From NCBI GenBank assembly GCA_033764315.1, contig JANRJA010000008.1:1-26980 (forward strand): a stretch of DNA of 26,980 bases, given 5' to 3'. A program made the translations under genes and the position numbers. Below the pieces are notes generated by a model, which worked only from the letters and a program-made list of their open reading frames with translations, made no database searches and was not told where the DNA came from. This document shows, in pieces, positions 1 through 8,917 of this stretch (position 1 is its first letter; each line of letters opens with the position of its first letter). Source of the stretch: Oculatellaceae cyanobacterium bins.114 (lineage in GTDB: Bacteria; Cyanobacteriota; Cyanobacteriia; Elainellales; Elainellaceae).

Positions 1-139
1 ACAGTTCATGGCTCCTTATGCTGAAATCGTTACCCAATTACTTCAACTCTCACCCCACAAGTGGCAGTATTATCGCAAGGGTATGAGGGCGATGAAGCTT
101 GTCCAGTCTGCTTTGTAGCTACTCTTGTCACCCCGTCAG
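1..139 (+). mobile_element. Right end of an IS4-family-like insertion sequence: partial transposase C-terminus (2..118) plus terminal sequence
   Basis: Frame 2..118 reads QFMAPYAEIVTQLLQLSPHKWQYYRKGMRAMKLVQSAL*. This resembles the C-terminus of cyanobacterial IS4-family transposases as I recall them. It is followed by a typical end, TTGTCACCCCGTCAG (125-139), where the neighbouring gene breaks. Confidence 0.75.
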
Positions 140-1902
140 CAAGTCAGGTCAAAAACGCCTGCGTAAATGCGGTTTGCCAGTTTGAGTTGACCCGCTTGAT
201 TCTCCACTAACCCCAGCTTGAGTAAAAACCGCAGTTCGGCACTGTCATCGGCAATCACGTCCTCTTGTTGCAAAATTTGTCGGTAAAGTTGCAAGATGCT
301 GATACATCTCTCATCCTCTAAAATTGCCTCCCGAATGGTTTTGAAGTGGTCTGTCGCAACGTGATGCTCCCAATCTTGAATCAGATGGGTTTGCACCAAC
401 TGTTCGACTTGAGTTGCCTCTTCTGCCGTTGGGATGGGTGCTCCTGCAACCAGCAACCGACAGAGATGCTCAGTTAAGGTGGGCTGTGAGCCAGTCCAGG
501 CTTGCACTTCCTGAATTAACACTGAGGGGTCGCTAGAGATGCGCTCTAACTCTGGCATAAAGCGTTTTAGAATGGTAGCCGCTTCTGTTTTGGCCAATTT
601 TGCCAGTTGCTCTGAAATTTCGCGGGTAATGCGATCGGCAACATCTTGACTACTGTGCAAAAAGCTCTGATCTTGCTTGGTTAGATGCTTTCCCTCTGCC
701 CATGCCAGTGCATCTAACAGAGCACGCCCCCGCAACAACCGCGATTCATCATGACACTCTGAGGCAAACCAGGCATCCATTGCCTCTTTATAGGGACGCA
801 GTTCTGCCAGGGCTTCCTGCACCCATTGCTCGTTAAACACCTCCCGATAGATCGTGTTGTAGACGGTTAACACTCCATTGCGCTTGACGACCAACCCCGA
901 TAGCCGCAGTTCTACTTGTTCTGGGCTGTCATCTGCAGGAATCTCGCCACGTTGCAAAATTTGTTGGTAGATGCCCAATAATCGTCCCGTGTTTTCTGGC
1001 TTACGAAAGAGGCGATCGCGGATAGTGCGTAAATGTTCTGGTTCATCCTGACTTTCCCAATTGGTGATACAGCGCGATCGCACAAATTGTTCAATGGCTA
1101 CTGCTTCAGTCCCAGTGGCAATCTGCATTTCCTGCTTGAGAATCCAGCGGCACAATTTTTGTGTTAAAAACGGTTGCCCCCCAGTCCATTGCAATAGTTC
1201 TGCTAACACAGCTTGTGGATTCTCGACCTGGTCTTCTAATCCCTTGGCGAGTGGTTGCACTTCAGCAAGCTGAAACCCATGTAGCTCAATTGCTCGCCCC
1301 AGGTTAAATGGGGTGCGTTCTTTATCAGCAATCAGGGCTGAGGGAGTCGCCACCCCAATTAACACAAAGGTCAGCCGTTGATAAGCGGGTTTGTCGTTGC
1401 GCTGGTTATAGCAGGCGCGAATAAAGGCAAAAAAATCATCTGTAGGAAATTCTAGACTGAGAACGCTATCAATTTCATCGATAACGATAACGATATTTTG
1501 ATCAATTTGGGTGAGTAAAACGGACTCAATGAATTCTCCAAATCGAGCCAGGGGTGTGAGAAGACGGCGATCGTGCCACCATGACAATAGGTCAAAGTGC
1601 AGGTTGAGGCTATCGGCTAGACTGTTAATCAAGGTGGCATACCACTCGTCAGCAGTGACTTGTTGAATGCCGACTTTAGTCAAGTCAATTAGCGCACAAG
1701 CGAATCCTTCAGCTTCTAGTCGTTTGCGTGCCCTCACTTCTAGACTCGATTTGCCCATTTGACGAGAGTTCAAAATGTAGCAAAACTCTTTTGCCTGGAG
1801 TCCTTCGTACAGGTCTTTATCAGCTTGTCGCACGACGTAACTGGGTGCTTCAGGGGGTAGGGTGGCTCCGACCCGATATTCATAAGGTTGTTCATGATTC
1901 AT
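136..1902 (-). pseudogene. AAA-like (AAA_35/STAND-related) ATPase, 3'-truncated by the IS
   Basis: Walker A NSRQMGKSSL, Walker B IVIDEIDSVL, motifs WTGGQPFLTQKLC and DESRLLRG. Likely start is ATG 1902 (MNHEQPYEYRVGATL), 19 nt after the upstream stop. The stop codon at 136-138 lies inside the IS end. Confidence 0.8.
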
Positions 1903-1921
1903 GGTTAGTTGCGGTTCCCCT

Positions 1922-3265
1922 TCAGTTGCCAAAAACTTGTTGAAAATATTTGCGATACAGTAAACACCGAGGTTGGGCAAGGTTCCCTTCTAGTTTGATC
2001 AATCCCATGCTCTGAAGTTTAAATGCCTGTATCGATTTGAGTTCCAGGGCTTGCTCTGTGAGCACAAGTGTTTTGAAGAGTGTCATCATCTCAGGAGATT
2101 GCGCTAAGTCGGTTAAGAGTTGGCGCAGTGAACTGCTATAGATTCCGGCTTCAGTATGAGCCGTTTTCAATAATTCCTCTAATGGCACTTGTTGTCGTTT
2201 GGCGGCATTTATTGCCAACTGAATCAAATGAGGATGCCCTTCTACCCAACTCATCAGGCGATCGACCTCAGTGTGGCTCCAGGTTAAGTCGTATCGCTGT
2301 GCCAGATGCAAGACCTGATCGGCATTGAGGTCGGGTAGCTCAACAATCATTCCCACACCTGCCAAAGGGGATGTGTTGAGTTCAAGTGAGCTGTAAACCT
2401 CGGTGGAATGGGCAATAACCAACCGCAGATTTTGCCAAACTCGGCTGTGGCGTGCCCCTCGCATGGCCTGATCGTGCCAGTTGCGCAGGAGGTTGCAAAA
2501 ATCACTGGCGATTTCAGCATGTTCAAATACCCGATCGGTGTTGTCTAACACCAGCACGAGAGGATGATTGAGGGTTGGCAATAGGTAATTTTGTAGATAA
2601 GCAGTAGTGTTGTAATTGCACGATAAAAGATCTTTCCAAACACTATCAACTTGATTGGACAGTCCCAATTCTTCGCTTAACACAGCACAAAACCATTTGA
2701 GAAATCGATCGAGATCTGCAAAAACGGCGCGATCAGCGAGTTGAAAACTTAAGTGTATGCTGTCGTATTGAAGCTGGGTCGCCTGGTGCAAGATTTTAGC
2801 GATGAGAGAAGTTTTACCCATTTGACGAGGGGCTTTGATGCGAATCAGCATTCCCGGTTGAGCGATCGCCTTATAACAGTCAGCTTCGATGGGAGGGCGA
2901 TCGACATACAACGCTCCTTCTACATCCTTCCATGTCTCTCGTGGTACACGTGACAGCAATGGGGTGTGCAACTGATTCAGAGGTTCTACCAGTCGAGTAG
3001 GTTCTAAAACGGTGATTTCTGAAACTGACCCAGAATGAATGGATGCTTCTAAATCAGCGATTTCTTGCCAATTCAGATGTAATTCTGAGCAAATTTCCTC
3101 AAACACCCAAAAATCCACTGGTTTACCATTCAAAAACTTATCAACCGTTGCTTTGGCGCGTCTTAAGTGGATTGCGAAGGAAGTTTGACTCGGAAAGCCA
3201 TTTCGCTTGACGGCCAACTTCACCTGCTCAATGCATCCATTCCGAATTTTTAATGATCGTGCCAT
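1922..3265 (-). CDS. AAA-like (AAA_35) domain protein with an N-terminal HTH-like domain
   Basis: Motifs YVDRPPIEADCY, Walker A APRQMGKTSL, Walker B-like LVLDNTDRVF, and GHPHLIQLA. The N-terminus MARSLKI...GFPSQ...TVDKFLNGKPVD...FEEIC is a common cyanobacterial XRE-like module. Confidence 0.85.
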   Translation of the reverse strand: MARSLKIRNGCIEQVKLAVKRNGFPSQTSFAIHLRRAKATVDKFLNGKPVDFWVFEEICSELHLNWQEIADLEASIHSGSVSEITVLEPTRLVEPLNQLHTPLLSRVPRETWKDVEGALYVDRPPIEADCYKAIAQPGMLIRIKAPRQMGKTSLIAKILHQATQLQYDSIHLSFQLADRAVFADLDRFLKWFCAVLSEELGLSNQVDSVWKDLLSCNYNTTAYLQNYLLPTLNHPLVLVLDNTDRVFEHAEIASDFCNLLRNWHDQAMRGARHSRVWQNLRLVIAHSTEVYSSLELNTSPLAGVGMIVELPDLNADQVLHLAQRYDLTWSHTEVDRLMSWVEGHPHLIQLAINAAKRQQVPLEELLKTAHTEAGIYSSSLRQLLTDLAQSPEMMTLFKTLVLTEQALELKSIQAFKLQSMGLIKLEGNLAQPRCLLYRKYFQQVFGN

Positions 3266-4004
3266 ATCTTTCCCTGCTTTGGTTCACAGTATCCAGGTGA
3301 TCTATGAAACCCAAATACATTTCGTATCAGGGTAATTGTTTGGGGTGCATCTGACGCTCATGCCAATTTAAAAATTCTTGCAACATATCATTTTCTGTAA
3401 GGGTTTGGATTGCCAACTCCTTGTTAAAAATTTGTAGCTACTATTTTTTAAATGGGTATTAGCAGTGTTACATATAAACTAAAATTTCTGCTTTTTGATT
3501 GAGTTCAGAGTAACCAGAATTAAGCGAGTCTTCACAAACTAAAAAGAGGATTCCGGAGGAATTAATCTTCGACTTTAACCTCTGTCTAGCGTCTATTTAG
3601 ACCCCACCTTGATATATCTCTGAAGTGCAGACACCGATGCAGTAACTTAGGGCAGGCGATGAAAGACAGTCTCATGTCAGGCATAATGCAGGCTTTCTTA
3701 GTTTGAATCACAGGCAACGAGAGGTTTTGATAAAGCTATCGAAGTTCTAACAGGATTTGCTCACCCATCGATTGCCAAAAAAATCTCAGTTAACCTTATG
3801 TGCGACTATTCCAGATCCCTGGTTTCTAAGGATATAACGAGGCACCTTTGAGTTAACTCTAACGAGAAACCGAGCATCTAAACCCCTAAATTGCACATCG
3901 CGTTAGTTATTGACATTAAAACGTGGCATTGTTTCCCGGTTAAACGGTTAGAGCTTACTGACGACCTGATTTGTGCGTACTTATCTTTTAGAAAGGAAGA
4001 CACT

Positions 4005-4580
4005 ATGGCTCAAATTAATCCATTGACCGATCATTCAGACGACAATTACATTCCTCCACTCCACCAGAGTCACGAGTTACAGACTCGACCTCAGGTTACA
4101 GAGTCTGTCAGCCAAGTCACATTGCAAGACTATTTTCGTCAACATCAGCATGAACTCGATCAAGTTGAGTTGTCTTGCATTGCAGTCAGGAATACAACCT
4201 TGGCTCAGCAATTGTATGAGCAGATGCAACAGGGAGCTTCCTTTGATGATCTGGCTCATCTGTATGCTTGTCCTCACTCATGGACTGCTACACAGCTCGA
4301 TGGGCCGCTTGCACAGCACGAAACGCAACGGCTCAATTGGTGGGCATTACGAGATGAATTGAAAGAAGCGATCGCCTCTACGCCACCGGGCACTGTTATG
4401 CAGCCGATCGCGATTAATCAACGCTGGTATTTGATTCGAGTAGAGGCATTTTTACCCGCCATTCTGGAGGGAGAACTAGAACAACAACTGCGACTAGAAC
4501 TGTTTGAACAGTGGCTCGTTGAAACAACTGAAACCCTCCCGGCTCAAGCGACCGACAAAAATTTCACGGCCTGGACGTAA
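4005..4580 (+). CDS. PpiC/parvulin-type peptidyl-prolyl isomerase-like protein
   Basis: LDQVELSCIAV...AQQLYEQMQQGASFDDLAHLY...TPPGTVMQPI...WYLIRVEAFLPAILE...LFEQWL matches the cyanobacterial PpiC rotamase pattern. ATG 4005 follows AAAGGA. The 3891 TTG start is unlikely. Confidence 0.8.
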   Translation: MAQINPLTDHSDDNYIPPLHQSHELQTRPQVTESVSQVTLQDYFRQHQHELDQVELSCIAVRNTTLAQQLYEQMQQGASFDDLAHLYACPHSWTATQLDGPLAQHETQRLNWWALRDELKEAIASTPPGTVMQPIAINQRWYLIRVEAFLPAILEGELEQQLRLELFEQWLVETTETLPAQATDKNFTAWT

Positions 4581-4691
4581 CCTTTAGCAGCGGTTCTCTC
4601 AGCTATAGCAACTGTATGGAACCAAATGTTATTTCCGTACCTCACGCATTAACCCCATTAGACATTTTTTATTCTGGAGGCGATCGCCATC

Positions 4692-5591
4692 ATGACAGAT
4701 TTAGCAACCGTTCAAGAACTGATTGAGCAAAACGAAGCTGCGGCTCAAACCCTGACAGGTGAAGTCGAGCGAGCGATTGAGCACATCGGTCAAATCGAAC
4801 AAGTGACCACTACACTGAATACGACTTTCACAGCCTCGCATCAGGAGTTTCAAACCCAGTTTGAACAATTCAAACATTTTTTAGAAACCCTGGAACAAAG
4901 CCTGACCGAAGAACTAGAACAGTCACAAACGAGTCTCGACCATCTGCAACAACAAGCGAGTGAAATCGAAAGCCAAGTACAAACTCTGGCAGAAGAAATC
5001 ACCAACCAACTGAGTCAGGTGAAAACTCAAGCTGAGGAAACGCTGACTCAGCTCGAAGCCGAAGCCGAATCAATCAAAACAAACCTAAATGAGTTAGCTC
5101 AAACGGCTCAAGAGGGTGAAACCGAGATGGGCGATCGCGGTGAAGAGAGTCAACAAAACCTCGACGATTATCGTCACCAGGTGGAGCAGGCAAAGGCTGA
5201 AATCCAGACCCAAAAGGATTCTCTGCTTGAAGAATTGAACTCTTTAGAGTCATCCATTAAAGCCAAATTACAGGAACTGACAGAGGAGTTTGATGCTTTA
5301 AACGAAGCAGGCACCACCCAACAAACGGAATTAGAAACGGCTGCCGATGATGTGCTAGAGCAAGCTAACGAAGCCCTGGTGGATCGACTGGGAGACTCGT
5401 TTATTGCTGACATGATGCAAACCGTGGATGCGATCAACGATGGCTTATCTGAATTGGGTGATGTTACAGACTCCATTGAGGAACTCATGGAGGGTCCAAT
5501 TGGCGACATTTTGGATACTGCCGGAGATATCACTGAGGCGATCGAACCCATTCTCAATGTCATTGAAATCGCTGAAGATGCACTGACCTGA
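4692..5591 (+). CDS. Acidic alpha-helical/coiled-coil protein 1 (299 aa), function unknown
   Basis: E/Q/T/L-rich with 3-4 hydrophobic spacing. Pro occurs only near the C-terminus. GGAGG RBS upstream. Confidence 0.85.
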   Translation: MTDLATVQELIEQNEAAAQTLTGEVERAIEHIGQIEQVTTTLNTTFTASHQEFQTQFEQFKHFLETLEQSLTEELEQSQTSLDHLQQQASEIESQVQTLAEEITNQLSQVKTQAEETLTQLEAEAESIKTNLNELAQTAQEGETEMGDRGEESQQNLDDYRHQVEQAKAEIQTQKDSLLEELNSLESSIKAKLQELTEEFDALNEAGTTQQTELETAADDVLEQANEALVDRLGDSFIADMMQTVDAINDGLSELGDVTDSIEELMEGPIGDILDTAGDITEAIEPILNVIEIAEDALT

Positions 5592-5600
5592 AAACTATTT

Positions 5601-5643
5601 TGACTCAGAAATCTGTGACTCAAAAATCTGTGACTCAAAAATC
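5601..5643 (+). repeat. Three tandem copies of the 15-mer TGACTCARAAATCTG (last copy partial)
   Basis: tgactcagaaatctg tgactcaaaaatctg tgactcaaaaatc, read directly. Confidence 0.9.
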
Positions 5644-5678
5644 ATTATCGACCGACTTACTTTACAGGAGAGCACATC

Positions 5679-6650
5679 ATGTCTATTGCCCAAGAATTTG
5701 GTCAGTCGCTTCAAGAAGCAGCAGAACACTTGAATCAACTTCTTCAGGTGTTGGAACAAACCCATGAACAGCTAGAAACAACAGATGCAGAGATTGCATC
5801 AAGCAGTGAAGCCTTTCAGCAATCTACAGATGCCCTGGATACAGCACTTCAAGCCCTGGGAGATACCCTGCAATCGAGCGAAGATTCTTTGCAAGGAGGA
5901 GAGGAAATCTCGACTGCCTTGGATCAGTGGCAACAATCTACAGATCAAGCAGGACAACACTTACAGGAGTTAACCCAGTCGATCGACTCGTTGCACCACC
6001 AATTTGAGACGCACCTTGCCGAAAACCTGGCGGAGTTTGAACAACCCCTCACCGAAGTGATTGAGGCTGTGGGAGCGATCGCCGATGAGATTGAGAGTTT
6101 AGAAGCGACGCTGAGCCAAAACCGTGAAGCAACTCAGCAAGAATTTGAAACCTTCTTGCAATCTCTAGGAGAACTGCAACAGCAACTCGAAACCCTGGAA
6201 TCTGAAGTTGGAACTGACCTGAAGGAATTCAACACAGAGTTACGAGAAACAATCACTGAAGTCGAGAGTATGTTTGAGCAGTTCAGCCAGCAATTGAGTC
6301 AACAGCAAAGTGATATGGTTGCTGAATGTGATGATCTCGAAACAGCTTTGAGAGATTTGTACGACCAACTCAAGCAGGAAATCGAAACTGTCGCAGATGA
6401 GTTAGAACACAAGATCTCTGAGATTTCTGAAAAGACAATTCAAGAGCTGTATGAGAAATGTACTGATCCATTGAGAGCCAGAATCCTTGCATTTAGCACT
6501 GAGATTTTGGTGATGGTTGTGGATGAACTGACGGAACGAGGTGTGCGGATTGGCGTTGGTGTAACAGTGACAGGTATTCTCGGTGGTCTTATCCCCTGGT
6601 TAGTCGCTGCCAAATTAACCACATTTGCCCTGGAAAAAATATTTAACTGA
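5679..6650 (+). CDS. Acidic alpha-helical/coiled-coil protein 2 (323 aa) with a C-terminal hydrophobic segment
   Basis: E/Q/L-rich helical body. C-terminus IGVGVTVTGILGGLIPWLVAA. AGGAGAG RBS. Confidence 0.85.
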   Translation: MSIAQEFGQSLQEAAEHLNQLLQVLEQTHEQLETTDAEIASSSEAFQQSTDALDTALQALGDTLQSSEDSLQGGEEISTALDQWQQSTDQAGQHLQELTQSIDSLHHQFETHLAENLAEFEQPLTEVIEAVGAIADEIESLEATLSQNREATQQEFETFLQSLGELQQQLETLESEVGTDLKEFNTELRETITEVESMFEQFSQQLSQQQSDMVAECDDLETALRDLYDQLKQEIETVADELEHKISEISEKTIQELYEKCTDPLRARILAFSTEILVMVVDELTERGVRIGVGVTVTGILGGLIPWLVAAKLTTFALEKIFN

Positions 6651-6759
6651 TGTCAACGTGCACCGTGTTTTACGGATGTGCATCCAGATATTAACTGAGA
6701 TCCAGAAAACTAACCGTTTTCTAAATTGTGCCCATAGACTTACGTAAGGACATTGAGTC

Positions 6760-7677
6760 ATGAATGATGTGTTTAATTCGCTCGCCCAAATCGCAACGAC
6801 AGCCCCTCAACAGTTAGCGGCGATCGCTCAAGAAGTTGTAGCAGTACAGGAAATCGCCACCCAGCTAGAAACCAGTTTGGAGGAAAAACAAACTGAGATT
6901 GAGGCGTTGATTCAACAATTGGAAACCGCGTTTCAAACCTTTCAACAAGAAATCACAGAACAGCAGAGTGAGACGGAAGACCTCGTATCAGAGCTACAAG
7001 CAGGAGTAGAGTCATTAGAGGGCACGATGACTGAGGCTCAAGACCAGTTGAGCCGTGAATTGCAAACCACTCAAGAGGCGATCGCCACTCTTAAAAATCA
7101 GTTAGAAGAACAAAAAACGACGTTGAATACTGCCAGTGAAGAAACAGAAACAGCATTAACTGAGATCCAAGAAACCCTGCAAACCAGCCAGGAGCAACTG
7201 ACAACAGCCCAAGATGCGTTGAGCCAAAGTGCCGATGAACTCCAGGAAAAGATTGCTAATTCCAAAGCAACTGTAAGCGATGGAACTGAGCAACTCAATC
7301 AAGCATTCCAGGATGCAGAGCAAGACTTAACGACCTTAATGGAAGATCTGGCAAATCGCTTTATGGAACTGCAACAAACCGTTGAAATGGATCACAAAGA
7401 GATTAAAGAACTCATGCAAGAGCAGGCACAGGAACTGGAAGAATCAGCGGAGCAGGTGAGCAAAGACATCATAGAAATCGCAGAAGCTGTTGTTCAACTG
7501 CTGATGATGGCACTTGACCACTGGATTGACACATTTTTGGAGAAAAATGATGAATCAAAATCACTCGGTGTAGAAATTACTCCGCTGATTGAAGGGTTGC
7601 AGGAACTGGTCAGAGCACTCCCCGAACAGTTAGAGAAGGTTGAAGAGGTTGCTCAAGAAGTGGGAGTTTTGGCGTAA
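6760..7677 (+). CDS. Acidic alpha-helical/coiled-coil protein 3 (305 aa)
   Basis: E/Q/T/A/L-rich helical body with an amphipathic C-terminus (ITPLIEGLQELVRALPEQL). AAGGA upstream. Confidence 0.85.
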   Translation: MNDVFNSLAQIATTAPQQLAAIAQEVVAVQEIATQLETSLEEKQTEIEALIQQLETAFQTFQQEITEQQSETEDLVSELQAGVESLEGTMTEAQDQLSRELQTTQEAIATLKNQLEEQKTTLNTASEETETALTEIQETLQTSQEQLTTAQDALSQSADELQEKIANSKATVSDGTEQLNQAFQDAEQDLTTLMEDLANRFMELQQTVEMDHKEIKELMQEQAQELEESAEQVSKDIIEIAEAVVQLLMMALDHWIDTFLEKNDESKSLGVEITPLIEGLQELVRALPEQLEKVEEVAQEVGVLA

Positions 7678-7806
7678 GTAAAAGGCTGGAGGATGAGCAA
7701 TGAAGGATTTAGGATTCATGTCACTCTCTAGCCTTCATCCTTGGTTCAATCCCTTCACAAGAGCAATCACCATTCTATTGATTCACCCCCTTACAGGAGA
7801 TTTATC

Positions 7807-8706
7807 ATGGCTGATTTTGTCAACGTTGCCAACGAAACACTAACTCAACTCACCGCATTACTGGAACATGCTGAACATACTCAAACCGCTTTAAGCGAAT
7901 CACACAACCATCTATCTCAGACCACAGACCAAATTGAATCTGACTGGGATTCAGTGACAAGCCATGCACAGAGCCTATTAGACCACATCACCAGTAGCCA
8001 GGAAACCCTTAGCAGTAAGCACCAAACCACCACCGATGTCTTAACGCAACTCAAGAGTCAACTGGAGGAACTGCAAACACAGATCGATCAGGAAGTGGCA
8101 GACACTCAGGCTGCGATCGCCCACCTCAACGAGCGTACCGAAGCCCTCGGCTCTGAATTAGACCAAACGTTTCAAGAGGCAGAAGATGCCTACACTGCAT
8201 TCAAAGACAAAACTGAAGAAACACGCTCAACGCTGGAGGAGAGTGTTTCCCAAACCGAATCAGACATTCAAGATAATGTCATACCTGAGTTGCAATCTTA
8301 TAGTGCTGAGATTGAGCAACACACTGAGCAGGTAGAGAGCACGTTAGAGGAAAGTCGTACTGATATCGCCACTCATGTTCAAGAATCTGAGCAGCACTTT
8401 CAGGAGGTAGAAGAGGCGATCGTCACCAAAGTAACTGAGGTTGGTGAGTTGTTTAAAACGTCTCTAACTGAAGCTCTGGCTGAACTAACTCAGGAGATGA
8501 ACGAAAGCTTTGATATCACTATCAAGAATGTCATGGATATTCATCAAATGTTCGAGAGATATAAGGAAGTGATGGATGAAGGAACACAAAATACGGAGCA
8601 AATCTTTGGTCTAGTCGGCATTGGTGAACGGCGTGCCATCTTTGGACTCACTCTGGTCATTGGCATTATTACCGATGTGCTCAAAATTTTGAGCGGTGAA
8701 GAGTGA
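7807..8706 (+). CDS. Acidic alpha-helical/coiled-coil protein 4 (299 aa) with a C-terminal hydrophobic segment
   Basis: ATG 7807 (MADFVNVA) follows AGGAGA. Helical E/T/Q-rich body. C-terminus AIFGLTLVIGIITDVLKIL. Confidence 0.85.
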   Translation: MADFVNVANETLTQLTALLEHAEHTQTALSESHNHLSQTTDQIESDWDSVTSHAQSLLDHITSSQETLSSKHQTTTDVLTQLKSQLEELQTQIDQEVADTQAAIAHLNERTEALGSELDQTFQEAEDAYTAFKDKTEETRSTLEESVSQTESDIQDNVIPELQSYSAEIEQHTEQVESTLEESRTDIATHVQESEQHFQEVEEAIVTKVTEVGELFKTSLTEALAELTQEMNESFDITIKNVMDIHQMFERYKEVMDEGTQNTEQIFGLVGIGERRAIFGLTLVIGIITDVLKILSGEE

Positions 8707-8736
8707 GGTTAGAGCTTGTGGGTAAATGGTAGCTCA

Positions 8737-8812
8737 TTGTAAAGGTTTGGCAATGACAAACCCCTAACCACAAACGGCTTTACAACTGGGATCTGTTTTG
8801 TTTGCAGATCCC
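8737..8812. repeat. Intergenic stem-loops, including a REP/SDR-like GGTTTGGCAATGACAAACC and a GGGATCTG-N9-CAGATCCC hairpin
   Basis: Inverted repeats ttgtaaag (8737-8744) / ctttacaa (8778-8785) and gggatctg (8788-8795) / cagatccc (8805-8812). Confidence 0.6.
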
Positions 8813-8917
8813 TTACTACCCTTAATCGCCTTTCAAGAGATGAAGCAGAATCTCTCTCATTCAAAGAGATCTTGAGACAAACCTATCCATTCCTTTAATT
8901 GTTCAGGGAATCCCATC

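Noticed and set aside
3266..4004. NtcA or other named regulator sites in the divergent promoter region
   Set aside because: I found no convincing GTA-N8-TAC with a properly spaced -10 by eye.
3891..4004. Upstream ORF-track starts (3891, 7741, 1980, 22635, 26606)
   Set aside because: Downstream starts have better RBS support or match family N-termini, and the extensions look non-coding.
5174..5638. 154-aa antisense ORF and the other short ORFs overlapping long genes
   Set aside because: Shadow frames of well-supported genes, with Ser-rich or otherwise atypical composition and no motifs.
4692..8706. Assigning the helical proteins to SMC, MCP, WXG100, tape-measure or Vipp1/PspA families
   Set aside because: There are no Walker motifs, no MCP hairpin signature, no central WxG at the right length and no phage genes. 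Any resemblance is compositional only.
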